Below are positions 34,901 to 44,774 of a stretch of 64,000 bases of DNA, one piece after another. The notes below the pieces were generated by a model. It saw only the letters and a program-made list of their open reading frames with translations, was not told the origin of the DNA and ran no database searches. Positions within the stretch are counted from its first letter, which is position 1. Every line of letters starts with the position of its first letter. The DNA comes from an uncultured Planctomycetaceae bacterium. GTDB lineage: Bacteria; Planctomycetota; Phycisphaerae; SM23-33. A program made the position numbers and the translations under genes. The stretch covers positions 16,581 to 80,580 of the forward strand of contig CAZSLS010000006.1 of assembly GCA_964607575.1 (NCBI GenBank), given 5' to 3'.

Positions 34901-37900
34901 CTATTTGCTTTTGGCGGCTGGAAGTTCGGCGATCTCGATGTTCTTGTAGCGAATGATGACGCCGTCCTTGCCGTGCGACTGGAACATGATGGGCGCCGTG
35001 GTCTGGTAGTCCTTCCTGTCGGGTTTATCCAGATAGCCCGTCCCGTCGAAATCCGACATGACCACGCTATTGAGCTTAAACTTGAACTGCAGTCCCCGGC
35101 AGGTAATTTCAACGTCGTTCCACCCCGGCGGCTGATCGGCGTAGTGGAACTTGAATCCCTTTGGCGCCTTCCGTGTCTTGCCGTATTTCCATGCTCCCCC
35201 CGCGAAACTCTTCTTTTTGGACACCTTGATTGGGGCCAGCCAGCCTAATGTGGATCGCGGCCCGTGGTCCCAGACCCAGCCGGTCAGTGAAGGCTCGGGC
35301 GGGTGCAGGTCGAACTGCAGCCCGTTACGGACCTCGATACCGCTGTTGCCCTGGCGGTCCCATTTGCGTTCGATCTGCATTTTGCAGCGCATCACGAAAT
35401 CGCCGTATTTCTTCTCCGTCGCCAAGTATCCACCCATGCGGTCTTTCACCGGCAGGCTCAGCGTGTCTACGACGATCGCGCCGTTCTCCGCACGAAACAT
35501 CTTTCCGATCGCCGCCTTCTGAGCATCGGTTCTGGGCTTCATGGTGGGCTTCCATCCCTTCAGCGACTTGCCATCGAAGAGCGACACGAAATCCAGCTTC
35601 TCCGCCGGTGCTGAAAGGTCCACGATGGTGATGTCCTTGTACCATGCTTCGCTGGGCCTGCCGCCGTGGATCTGCAGACCGATGATGCCCGTAGTCGCAA
35701 TCTTAGCGTCCCGTTCGGTGTAGTCGACGGTCTTCAGGCCGTTGAAAAACAGTTGGATTCGCGGCCCGACGCAGCGGATGATGTACTCGTTCCAGCCGTC
35801 GGCTTTGAGGACCTTCGCGAGTTCTGCTTTCTTCGGCCGGGCGAGTACCTTGTTGCGGCGCGACTCGTCGTAGAGGCATCCCCACCAGTTCTGGCCCATG
35901 TCGGCCTGGTATCCGCTGACCTCGTGGTGGTTCGGGATCCGGCGCGTACGGATCTGGATGCCCGCGTTGCCTCTACCGCCGGCGAGTTTAACCTTCAGTC
36001 GCAGTTCAAAGTCGGAGTACTTCTTCTTCGTGCAGAGAAACTCGTTGCGGGGGATCTTGGCCTTGAGCGTCCCGCCGACGATCGCACCATCCTCGATACG
36101 GAACGACTTGAGGTTGCCTTCCCAGCCGTCAAACGTCTTACCGTCGAAGATTCGCACCGCCTTGCCCGCTGGTGCGAGTTTTTCGCTCTTGAGTGGAGGT
36201 GCTTCCGCCGGCAAGGTCCAGTCGCCTTTATGCCCCGGGTCAACGCGGAGGCCTTCGATGGGCTTGCCTTTGCGGGTGACGACTTGCGCGCAGAATTCAC
36301 AGGGGCCATTGTTCTGGGTGATCTTCAGCATGAGTGGGTTCCAGCCTGCCCGCAGCGTTACGGGGACCTTGTCGGTATAGGGGATCGCGGCGCGGGCGAC
36401 GTTATTGGTGTGAACGAGCTTCCCGTTCAACCACGCCTTGACACCATCATCGCTGCCAAGATCGAGCCTGGCCGCGAAGGCCTTATCGACGTGGATCCAC
36501 GTAAGTGCGTATGCGACCTTCTGATTGCCACCGACAGTTCTTGTCAGATCGAGAATGTGAGGCCGTTTCGGATCCGTTCCCGTCGGGATTCTCCGCCACA
36601 CAACGTCTGTGGCACCGGGCGTCTCAGGGGCGAAGGGGATGCCGAGCAGTTCCCTGTACGTCTTGCCTTTCTTGCTATACGGGCCGGTGATGCGCCAAGC
36701 GGTTATGCAGTTGCGTAATAAGTCTATCTGTCGGATTACCCGTTGTGCTTCGGCGGCGAGGGGCTTGCCTTTCATTGCGGTCTGGACCTTCTCCATCGTC
36801 GCACGTGCCTGCTTGCGATCGGCGCCCATGGTAGCCCTGGCGATGCTTACCGCCGCCAAAGCCGCTTCGCCTCGAACCGCCTTGTCGTCGAGCAGGGGGA
36901 CGACGAGTTTCAGCGCATCGCTGTGGACCACGCCGGCGATACCGCTGAGGACGAGCTTCTTCGTTTCCGGCTGTTTGGCGAGGTCCAATGCTTCGGCGTA
37001 CTTCCGCACGGGCGCGTCGGGGTCGAGCCCAAGCAGGCGGATGTATCCCCGCAGCGCCAGGATGCGATGCGTCTTGTCCTTGGTATTCTTGACGATATCA
37101 AGCAGCGGTCCGGCGGCCTTACCGTCGGGCCAACCGGCCAGCGCGCGGACGGCTGCGTCGGTGCTGTTGGATTTGACGACGGCTGCGAGAGCCTTGTCGC
37201 CTCCGATCTTGCCGAGTATGCGGACGAGGGATGCTTGTCGCTGGGGTTTCTTCTCGGAGGCCAGGGCAGCCAGGACGCCGTCGGCGCGTTTGGACGGGTC
37301 GGTAGTCTTTGCGGCCACCGCAATAATTGACGCTTCGGCCTGGGCGGCGGCGGGGTTGCTGTCGCCTGTGGGCATGTGCTTTATCATGGCGGGAATGTCG
37401 CCCTGGTCTGCAAGCACGCCAAGGGCTTTGAAGGCAGCCTTGGCGAGCGTTGCATCGGTGCTTCCGGCGTGGGAGAGCACGGGCTTGGCGGCCGGAGCGT
37501 AACGGCGATCGGACAGGACGGAGATCAGATCAACTCGCAGCTCGCCCTTGGCGCCGGTCATGCCTTTCAGTATTGCAGCGCCCACGCCCTCGCCGTCGAT
37601 CGAACGCATCGAGACCAGCGCGACCTTTGCTTCGGGGCCTTCGGCGTCGGCTGCTTTCAGGAGAACCGGTATCGCTCCCGCGTCGCCTATAGCTCCGAGG
37701 GCTTTCAGTGACTCCAGACGGACCGCCGCGGTTTTGCTGCTCGCCAGGGCGGCGATGGCCTTGCGGGCGCTTGGGTCGCCGCGGTCAGTCAGTGTCTTGA
37801 TCAGCATTGCCTGGATGGCTGGAGACGCCTTGGGCATCTCGGCCGCCAGCTTCAGCGAGACCTCGGGCCCGGGCAGTTCTCTGGCGGCGCGAAGGGCAAT

Positions 37901-38623
37901 GGCTATCAGCGCGGGATCGTTGCTGTTGAGTTGTTTCACCAGCAGCGGTAGGCCCTTGGCACCGCGGGCGAGAATAGCTCCGTAGACCGACGACGTTCGG
38001 ACGAAGACCGGGACCTCGGCCTTTCCGACTGCATCGTATAGGCTTACCGCTGAATCCTTCTTGCCCGCATCCAACAGGATTTTGGCGGCGACCAGAGCGG
38101 CGTCGGCGGCGGGCGTTCGCAGCGCCGCCGGGCCTTTGGCCAGTGTCTGCAGGATAGCTCCAGTCGCTTCATCGGTTGCGATGCGCCCCAGTGCGCCCAG
38201 AGTTGCTGCGGCGACATCCTTATCTTTGTCGCTGACGAGCTTCCGCAAAACGCCGACGGCCTTGGCGTCGCGCCGGACGCCGATCGAAGTGATCACGCCG
38301 ACGAGGGGCCGCCCTTTGAGTTTGCCCAGCGCCGCGCGAAACGCAACGTCAACGCTCGGAAATTTCATCGGCTCCAGGGCGATTCGCGCGTAGTCGCCCA
38401 GCGCCTTGTCGCCAAGGAGGTCCGCCAGGGGGGGGACGGCCTTGGCGCTTCCGAAAATCGCCAGCTTCTGACACGCCTGGGTCTTGTCGTAGAGAGGCGC
38501 TTCGGACTTCAGCACAGCGATGAGTTTCTGCTCGTCGACGTTTTGGAGGGTCACGTCTGCGGCGAATATGGGCGCCGCAACCGCCAGTATTATAATGACG
38601 CCTATGTATCGTTTAATTGTCAT
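34901..38623 (-). CDS. secreted giant protein: HEAT-repeat region + jelly-roll module + two DUF1080 (3-keto-disaccharide hydrolase-like) domains
   Basis: ATG at 38623 (MTIKRYIGVIIILAVAAPIFA). Long Ala/Leu-rich HEAT-like repeats. WRITGPY...VKAWLNGKLV...LMLKIT module. DUF1080 hallmarks FDGKTFDGWEG...FRIEDGAIVG and LFDGKSLKGWKP...FRAENGAIV. Confidence 0.7.
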   Translation of the reverse strand: MTIKRYIGVIIILAVAAPIFAADVTLQNVDEQKLIAVLKSEAPLYDKTQACQKLAIFGSAKAVPPLADLLGDKALGDYARIALEPMKFPSVDVAFRAALGKLKGRPLVGVITSIGVRRDAKAVGVLRKLVSDKDKDVAAATLGALGRIATDEATGAILQTLAKGPAALRTPAADAALVAAKILLDAGKKDSAVSLYDAVGKAEVPVFVRTSSVYGAILARGAKGLPLLVKQLNSNDPALIAIALRAARELPGPEVSLKLAAEMPKASPAIQAMLIKTLTDRGDPSARKAIAALASSKTAAVRLESLKALGAIGDAGAIPVLLKAADAEGPEAKVALVSMRSIDGEGVGAAILKGMTGAKGELRVDLISVLSDRRYAPAAKPVLSHAGSTDATLAKAAFKALGVLADQGDIPAMIKHMPTGDSNPAAAQAEASIIAVAAKTTDPSKRADGVLAALASEKKPQRQASLVRILGKIGGDKALAAVVKSNSTDAAVRALAGWPDGKAAGPLLDIVKNTKDKTHRILALRGYIRLLGLDPDAPVRKYAEALDLAKQPETKKLVLSGIAGVVHSDALKLVVPLLDDKAVRGEAALAAVSIARATMGADRKQARATMEKVQTAMKGKPLAAEAQRVIRQIDLLRNCITAWRITGPYSKKGKTYRELLGIPFAPETPGATDVVWRRIPTGTDPKRPHILDLTRTVGGNQKVAYALTWIHVDKAFAARLDLGSDDGVKAWLNGKLVHTNNVARAAIPYTDKVPVTLRAGWNPLMLKITQNNGPCEFCAQVVTRKGKPIEGLRVDPGHKGDWTLPAEAPPLKSEKLAPAGKAVRIFDGKTFDGWEGNLKSFRIEDGAIVGGTLKAKIPRNEFLCTKKKYSDFELRLKVKLAGGRGNAGIQIRTRRIPNHHEVSGYQADMGQNWWGCLYDESRRNKVLARPKKAELAKVLKADGWNEYIIRCVGPRIQLFFNGLKTVDYTERDAKIATTGIIGLQIHGGRPSEAWYKDITIVDLSAPAEKLDFVSLFDGKSLKGWKPTMKPRTDAQKAAIGKMFRAENGAIVVDTLSLPVKDRMGGYLATEKKYGDFVMRCKMQIERKWDRQGNSGIEVRNGLQFDLHPPEPSLTGWVWDHGPRSTLGWLAPIKVSKKKSFAGGAWKYGKTRKAPKGFKFHYADQPPGWNDVEITCRGLQFKFKLNSVVMSDFDGTGYLDKPDRKDYQTTAPIMFQSHGKDGVIIRYKNIEIAELPAAKSK

Positions 38624-38654
38624 GGTATCGCCTTTCTGGCGGGGGGTGTGGGTG

Positions 38655-39953
38655 TTATGCCTTCCATGGAGCGCGTTTGGCGCGGGTTCGCATGCGGTTG
38701 GCCTCTTCGTCGTTGACGAAGGCCTCCTTGGCGGGATCGAACGTGACCTTTCGTCCGAGTTGCCAGGCGATGGCGGCCGCATGACACGCCAGGTGCGAGT
38801 GTCGCATGACGTCGGCGTTGCACGCCGTCAGGGCCCGCGACCGCACGCAGTCGAAGAAGTTGCTCGTATGCCCGGCCGGGTCCGTTCCTCTCCGCAAATA
38901 ACGCTTCCGCTCGCCCATCAGCGAGACCGGATGCAGTTTGATACCCCCGCTGTCGCCGGTTTCAACCCATCCCTCGTCGCCTTCGAATCTCACCGGGCAG
39001 GTGCCCAGGCCGAGCCAGTTGCCCTCGCCGCGGAATCCGCCGGGGCGCATGATAAGCTTCACGCCGTTTGCGTATTTGGCGATTATCACGCCAGCCTCGA
39101 CCGGTTCGTACGTCAGCGGCGTAGTGTTGTCGGCGTCGTTTGCCCACTGGCAGAGGTCTGCGGTGTGGGCTCCCCAGTCCAGCAGCGTGGCGCCGGAGTC
39201 GAAGTCCGCATAACCGCGCCAACGCCCATTAACGTAACTCTTGTTGTAGGGGCGCCACGGCGCCGGACCCAACCAGCGGTCCCAGTCGCAGATATCCTTG
39301 TCCGGCTCGGGCTGGGCGGGCAGCCAACCATGATTGATGCGCAGCTTGTAGATCGACGCGTGGACGGTGTGGAGCTTGCCCAACTTCCCGCTGCGGGCGA
39401 GGTGAACGGCGAACTGGAAATTGCTCACCGATCGCCTCTGCGTACCGGCCTGGAAGACGCGGGAGTAGCGGTTCATCGTGTCTGACAGTTCCTGACAATC
39501 GCCGATCGTGATCCCGCAGGGCTTCTCGCTGTAGACGTCCTTGCCCGCCTTTGCCGCCAGTATCGACGCCAGCGCGTGCCAGTGATCGCCCGTAGCCACG
39601 AGTACGGTGTCGACATCCTTCCGCCCGAGCAGTTCGAACATGTCGCGGTACATCACGCAGTCTTTGTTGCCGTATTTTCCGTCAGCCATCTGCTTGACGT
39701 ACTCGCGACGGGATTTCTGCACGTCGGCGATGGCGACGAACTGCACGCCTTTTTCGTTGAGCATTCGCCCCAGCACGTACCGTCCGCGCGGGCCGATGCC
39801 GATCGCGCCCAGTACGATCCTGTCGCTTGGCGCCGTGGCGCCGTCCTTGCCAAGGGCGGCTGCCGGGATGATGGTTGGAACGCTCGCCGCGGCCAGGGCG
39901 ATCGCCGAGCCTTTCAGGAACGTCCGTCTTGGGATGGGTTCTTTGAGCTTCAT
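38655..39953 (-). CDS. Tat-exported Gfo/Idh/MocA family oxidoreductase (copy 1)
   Basis: Twin-arginine signal PRRTFLKGSAIALAAASVPT, Rossmann start IVLGAIGIGPRGR, EKPCG motif. About 80% identical by eye to the next gene. Confidence 0.85.
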   Translation of the reverse strand: MKLKEPIPRRTFLKGSAIALAAASVPTIIPAAALGKDGATAPSDRIVLGAIGIGPRGRYVLGRMLNEKGVQFVAIADVQKSRREYVKQMADGKYGNKDCVMYRDMFELLGRKDVDTVLVATGDHWHALASILAAKAGKDVYSEKPCGITIGDCQELSDTMNRYSRVFQAGTQRRSVSNFQFAVHLARSGKLGKLHTVHASIYKLRINHGWLPAQPEPDKDICDWDRWLGPAPWRPYNKSYVNGRWRGYADFDSGATLLDWGAHTADLCQWANDADNTTPLTYEPVEAGVIIAKYANGVKLIMRPGGFRGEGNWLGLGTCPVRFEGDEGWVETGDSGGIKLHPVSLMGERKRYLRRGTDPAGHTSNFFDCVRSRALTACNADVMRHSHLACHAAAIAWQLGRKVTFDPAKEAFVNDEEANRMRTRAKRAPWKA

Positions 39954-39984
39954 AGTCGACTCCGTTATCTCAGGTTGCTTTATG

Positions 39985-41262
39985 TCATACATGCCACGGG
40001 GCGCGTTTGGCGCGAGTGCACATGCGATTGGCTTTTTCATCGTTGATGAAGATCTCCTTGACCGGATCGAACGTGACCTTTCGCCCGAGTTGCCAGGCGA
40101 TTGCCGCTGCATGACAGGCCAGGTGCGATTGTCGCATAACGTTCGCATTGGCCGCCGTCAGGGCGCGAGATTTCATGCAGTCGAAGAAATTGCTCGCATG
40201 CCCGGCTGGGTCCGTTCCCCTTCGCAGATAGCGCTTCCGCTCGCCCATCAGTGAGGCTGGTTGCAGCACGATCCTCCCGGTGTCGCCGGTTTCGATCCAT
40301 CCCTCGTCGCCCTCGAAGCGGACGGGGCAGGTCCCCAGGCCGAGCCATTTATCGGGCCGTATCACCAGCTTGACGCCGTTGGCGTATCGGGCGTTGATCG
40401 TGCCGCCGTCGGGTTCGTACGTTATCGGCGTGGTTTCATCGGCATCGTTGGCCCACTGGCAAAGGTCCACGGTGTGAGAGCCCCAGTCCAGCAGCCTGGC
40501 TCCGGCATTGAGGTCGGCGTAACCGTGCCATTGTCCCTGTACGTAACGTTTGTTGTAAGGGCGCCATGGCGCCGGGCCCAGCCATCGGTCCCAGTCGCAG
40601 ATGTCCTTGTCCGGCTCGGGCTGGGCGGGTAGCCAGGCGTGACTGACGCTAAGACGGTTGATCGATGCGTGCAGAGTGTTGAGTTTGCCCAGCTTCCCGC
40701 TGCGTGCGAGGTGAACGGCGAACTGGAAATTGCCTATGGACCGCCGCTGCGTACCGGCCTGGAAGACGCGAGAGTAGCGATTCATCGTGTCGGCCAGATC
40801 CTGGCAGTCGCCGAACATCATCCCGCAGGGCTTCTCGCAGTAGACGTCCTTGCCCGCCTTTGCCGCCAGTATCGACGCCAATGCGTGCCAGTTGTCGCCC
40901 GTAGTTATCAGCACCGCATCGATGTCCTTCCTCCCGAGCAGTTCGAACATGTCGCGATACATCACGCAGTCCTTATTGCGGTACTTCCCGTAGACCATGT
41001 GCTTGACGTATTGGCGGCGGGATGCCTGTACGTCGCAGGCGGCGACGAATTGAGTACCCTTTTCGGCGAGCATGCGGCCCAGGACGTACCGTCCGCGCCG
41101 GCCGACACCGATACCGCCGAGTACGATCTTGTCGCTTGGCGCGACGGCGCCGTCTTTGCCCAATGCGGCGGCTGGAATGATGGTTGGAATGCTCGCTGCA
41201 GCCAGAGCGGCCGCTGAGGTTTTGAGGAATGTTCGTCTCTGGACAAGTCTGCCAGGCTTCAT
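39985..41262 (-). CDS. Tat-exported Gfo/Idh/MocA family oxidoreductase (copy 2)
   Basis: QRRTFLKTSAAALAAASIPT, IVLGGIGVGRRGR, EKPCG. Tandem paralog of 38655-39953. Confidence 0.85.
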   Translation of the reverse strand: MKPGRLVQRRTFLKTSAAALAAASIPTIIPAAALGKDGAVAPSDKIVLGGIGVGRRGRYVLGRMLAEKGTQFVAACDVQASRRQYVKHMVYGKYRNKDCVMYRDMFELLGRKDIDAVLITTGDNWHALASILAAKAGKDVYCEKPCGMMFGDCQDLADTMNRYSRVFQAGTQRRSIGNFQFAVHLARSGKLGKLNTLHASINRLSVSHAWLPAQPEPDKDICDWDRWLGPAPWRPYNKRYVQGQWHGYADLNAGARLLDWGSHTVDLCQWANDADETTPITYEPDGGTINARYANGVKLVIRPDKWLGLGTCPVRFEGDEGWIETGDTGRIVLQPASLMGERKRYLRRGTDPAGHASNFFDCMKSRALTAANANVMRQSHLACHAAAIAWQLGRKVTFDPVKEIFINDEKANRMCTRAKRAPWHV

Positions 41263-41380
41263 AGTTGGTTCCCTTATCTCTGGTCGCGATGATTGTATCC
41301 GGATCGACGCTTCGGATAAACCACGATTTGGTTCCAATTTCGTGGTAGAATATCGGCGTTGACGGAAAGGAGCCAAAGCC

Positions 41381-42436
41381 ATGAACGCCAAGATCGCCCT
41401 GTCCGTTGTACTCGCCGTTTCCTGTGTGTTGCTTGTCGCCGGATTGTCGATGTCCCGTGAGGAGTCGAGCGATGCATCCTTCAAGCCGCCGACTGCGTGG
41501 CGGTACTCAGCGCCTCTGATTTCTCCGGAGAAACGCGACACACTCCCCAGCCGCGCCCAGAAGGACCCGACGGTGGTGTTCTTCAAGGGAAAGTGGCACG
41601 TGTTCATGACGGTAAAGCTCAAGGGGATGTCGGCGATCGAGTATTGCTCGTTCGAGACGTGGGACAAGGCCAACAGTTCCAAACGCACCATTCTGAAGCT
41701 TACCGATAGCAAGTACTACTGCGCCCCGCAGGTCTTCTACTTCACTCCGCACAAGAAGTGGTACCTGATCTATCAACTCGGGCGGAAAGGCAAGAGGAGG
41801 ATGCAGATCGCGTTTTCCACCACTACCGACATCGCCGACCCGAAATCCTGGACAAAAGCTGGTTCGGTATTCCGCAACGATGCCGAGGATCCGCGGAAAG
41901 AAGGGGGGCTGGACTACTGGATGATCTGCGACAGCAGGCGAGCGTACTTGTTCATCACCAGTCTCAACGGCAAGATGTGGCGGATGTCGGCGAAGCTGAA
42001 GGATTTCCCGCACGGATTCGGCGATCTCGTGCTGGCGCTCCGAGCCGATATCTTCGAAGCGAGCCACACATACAAGCTCAGCGGGACCGACAAGTACCTT
42101 ACCGTGATCGAAGCCAATCCCGGTGGCAGGCGATATTACAAGGCCTATCTCGCCGACCGCTTGGACGGAAAGTGGACCCCGGCGTCCGGTGGTGAACGAA
42201 AGCCGTTTGCCGGGGCGGCCAACGTGCGCCCCGCCGATGGTGTCGCGGCGTGGACCGACAACATCAGCCACGGTGAACTAATACGAAAAGGTTATGACCA
42301 GACACTGCTCGTCGATCCGAAAGACTTTCGATTTCTCTTCCAGGGCGCCCTGCAGAAGGAAAAGGCGGGCAAGAACTATGGCGCCATCCCCTGGCGACTA
42401 GGAATGCTCACACCCGCCGGGTCGGCGGGCAAATAG
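41381..42436 (+). CDS. secreted five-bladed-propeller-type glycoside hydrolase, GH62/GH43-like (tentative)
   Basis: AAGGAG before the ATG and a signal peptide. AQKDPTVVFFKGKWHVFMT...YCAPQVFYFTPHKKWYLIYQ resembles arabinofuranosidase-family (GH62-like) proteins as I recall them. Confidence 0.45.
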   Translation: MNAKIALSVVLAVSCVLLVAGLSMSREESSDASFKPPTAWRYSAPLISPEKRDTLPSRAQKDPTVVFFKGKWHVFMTVKLKGMSAIEYCSFETWDKANSSKRTILKLTDSKYYCAPQVFYFTPHKKWYLIYQLGRKGKRRMQIAFSTTTDIADPKSWTKAGSVFRNDAEDPRKEGGLDYWMICDSRRAYLFITSLNGKMWRMSAKLKDFPHGFGDLVLALRADIFEASHTYKLSGTDKYLTVIEANPGGRRYYKAYLADRLDGKWTPASGGERKPFAGAANVRPADGVAAWTDNISHGELIRKGYDQTLLVDPKDFRFLFQGALQKEKAGKNYGAIPWRLGMLTPAGSAGK

Positions 42437-42521
42437 CTTCCTGACAAGATCTATTGGCTTGCTCAGGACATGGGTTTGGATACAATCACTTCAAATGAAC
42501 TCAATTGCAGGGAGAATGCAG

Positions 42522-43967
42522 ATGGTTAGAGTATCGAAATACTGGATGATTGCGGTGTTGGTTGCGGTGGCGGTTTGTGCGGGCGAGGTCCGCGGCGCCG
42601 AACCGGCAAAGACCAAAACCCCGACCGCTGCGAAGAAGTACAAGCCCACGTGGGAGTCACTCGATTCCCGCCCGCTGCCGGGATGGTTCAACGAGGCGAA
42701 GTTCGGTATCTTCGTGGTCTGGGGCCCGTACTCCGTGCCGTCCTGGGTCGATCGCGGATACGCCGAGTGGTACTGGAACCGCTCCAAACGAAAAGGCTCC
42801 CCCACCCAGAAGTTCCACGAGAAGATGTACGGTAAGGATTTTCCATACGAGAAATTCGCCGAGCAGCTTACCGCCAAGTTGTACAAACCCGACTACTGGT
42901 GCGAGATATTCGCCCGCAGCGGGGCGAAGTATGTGGTGACGACGGCGAACTATCACGACGGTTTCTGCTTGTGGGACTCGCCGTATTCCAAGACGAAGAA
43001 CACCGACAAGTGGAACGCGACCGTTGTCGGACCGAAGCGGAACGTGCTCCGCGAGCTGTTCGACGCGGGCGAAAAACGCGGTCTGAAGATGGGCATCTAT
43101 TACTCGCTCTACGAGTGGTACCACCCGCTGTATCTCACCGATCGGGCGAAGTACGTCACCGAGCACCTGCACCCGCAGTTCAAGGATGTGGTCACCAAGT
43201 TCAAACCGTGGTTCATATTCCTCGATGGTGAGTGGACGGCGGATTACAAGGTGTGGAGATCGTTCGAGATGGCGACGTGGTTGTACAACGAATCGCCGTG
43301 CAAGGACTACGTGGTCACTAACGATCGCTGGGGCAAGACGCGCCGCAAACACGGGGACGTTTACTCCAGCGAGTATGGCGGGGGAAAATTCTCGCCCAAG
43401 CACCCGTGGCAGGAGGACCGCGGGATCGGGCACAGCTATGGGTACAACCGCAACGAAGGGATCGACCAGTACGATTCGGAATACACGCTGATCAAGATGC
43501 TCTCCCGCGTGTGCGGTAACGGTGGAAATTTGCTGCTGGACGTAGGTCCGACCGCCGACGGGCGAATTCCCGTGATAATGCAGGACCGCCTGGTGCGGAT
43601 CGGCAAGTGGTTGAAGGTCAACGGCGAGGCGATCTACGGGACAAGGCACAGCCCGTTCTGGCCGAGGAAGTTCCCGTGGGGCACGTGTACCGTCAAGGGC
43701 TCAAAGATATTCCTGCATGTGTGGGGCAAGCAGGCCGGCGAGATCTCCCTGCCCGGACTCAAGAACAAGATCACCGCTGCCTACGTCCTGGGCGATGCGA
43801 AGAAGACGCCCCTCAAACGTCGCGTCGACAAGCAGACTCGCGCGATCACCATGCCTGCGGGCCTGCGGGCCGAGGAAGTCGTCGTCCTGGTCGTCGAGGT
43901 CGAAGGCAAACTCAGCGTCGACGCCTCCGCAAACCAGGTCGCCAAACCCGCCAAACCCGCCAAATGA
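42522..43967 (+). CDS. GH29 alpha-L-fucosidase
   Basis: GGAG lies 7 nt before ATG 42522, with a signal peptide. WESLDSRPLPGWFNEAKFGIFVVWGPYSVPSW, GAKYVVTTANYHDGFCLWDSPYS. Confidence 0.85.
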   Translation: MVRVSKYWMIAVLVAVAVCAGEVRGAEPAKTKTPTAAKKYKPTWESLDSRPLPGWFNEAKFGIFVVWGPYSVPSWVDRGYAEWYWNRSKRKGSPTQKFHEKMYGKDFPYEKFAEQLTAKLYKPDYWCEIFARSGAKYVVTTANYHDGFCLWDSPYSKTKNTDKWNATVVGPKRNVLRELFDAGEKRGLKMGIYYSLYEWYHPLYLTDRAKYVTEHLHPQFKDVVTKFKPWFIFLDGEWTADYKVWRSFEMATWLYNESPCKDYVVTNDRWGKTRRKHGDVYSSEYGGGKFSPKHPWQEDRGIGHSYGYNRNEGIDQYDSEYTLIKMLSRVCGNGGNLLLDVGPTADGRIPVIMQDRLVRIGKWLKVNGEAIYGTRHSPFWPRKFPWGTCTVKGSKIFLHVWGKQAGEISLPGLKNKITAAYVLGDAKKTPLKRRVDKQTRAITMPAGLRAEEVVVLVVEVEGKLSVDASANQVAKPAKPAK

Positions 43968-43990
43968 ACGCCGCCAGAGAGACACGATCC

Positions 43991-44764
43991 ATGCCAGTTA
44001 AACTACATTATGAAACAGTTGGCCAGGGCGATCCGCTCATCCTCATTATGGGACTGGGCGCCGACAACAGCCTCTGGGAGCTTCATGCCAAGGCGTATTC
44101 GCAGCATTTTCGCTGCATCATGCCCGACAACCGCGGGGCGGGGAATTCTCCCAAGCCCGACGGGCCGTACACCACGGAGATGATGGCCGAAGATACGCTC
44201 GCGATGATGGACGAACTGGAGATCGACTCCGCCCGAGTGGCCGGTATTTCCATGGGCAGCGCAATTGCCCAGTCCATGGCGCTTCTCTCGCCCGATCGCG
44301 TGCGGTCCATGGTGCTGATCAGCTCTTGGGCACGCTGCGATCGGTACATGAAGGACGTGTTCGAACATTTCACGCGGATCCGCCCGCTGGTTCCGCCCGA
44401 AGACTTCATGCAGCTCCTGCAATTGTGGATATTCGCCCCGGATCATTTCTCCGCGAGCTACGCGGATCTGCTTGTCGGTAGAAAAGACGCCGGAGACAAC
44501 CCGATGGCCGAGCATGCCTTCGACGCCCAGTGTGCCGCCTGCAGCGGCCACGACACGCTCGATCGCCTGGGAGAAATTCAGACACCCTGCCTGCTGACCG
44601 TCGGCGATAAAGATATCTTCACCCCGCTCCGTTGCAGCGAGGAAATGCACGAACGCTTACCGAATTCGGAACTGTTTGTACTTCCCGGGTTGGGGCACTG
44701 TCACCACTGGGAGGATCTGAAGACATTCAACGAGACGACAACGAAATTCCTGCTTGAAAACTAA
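43991..44764 (+). CDS. alpha/beta-fold hydrolase
   Basis: GDPLILIMGLGAD, nucleophile elbow GISMGSAIAQ, C-terminal LPGLGHCHHWE. Confidence 0.75.
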   Translation: MPVKLHYETVGQGDPLILIMGLGADNSLWELHAKAYSQHFRCIMPDNRGAGNSPKPDGPYTTEMMAEDTLAMMDELEIDSARVAGISMGSAIAQSMALLSPDRVRSMVLISSWARCDRYMKDVFEHFTRIRPLVPPEDFMQLLQLWIFAPDHFSASYADLLVGRKDAGDNPMAEHAFDAQCAACSGHDTLDRLGEIQTPCLLTVGDKDIFTPLRCSEEMHERLPNSELFVLPGLGHCHHWEDLKTFNETTTKFLLEN

Positions 44765-44774
44765 GGAGAGAAGT

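Noticed and set aside
38624-38782. N-terminal extensions of the longest ORFs (also 39954-40148, 41263-41712, 455-586, 8974-9024, 17959-18075, 43607-43990, 60260-60577, 63129-63305)
   Set aside because: The extensions overlap the upstream gene's coding end, are Arg/Ser/Pro-rich, and precede an internal ATG with a Shine-Dalgarno and a signal peptide or the family-typical N-terminus. The similarity between two of them merely reflects the duplicated Gfo gene read out of frame.
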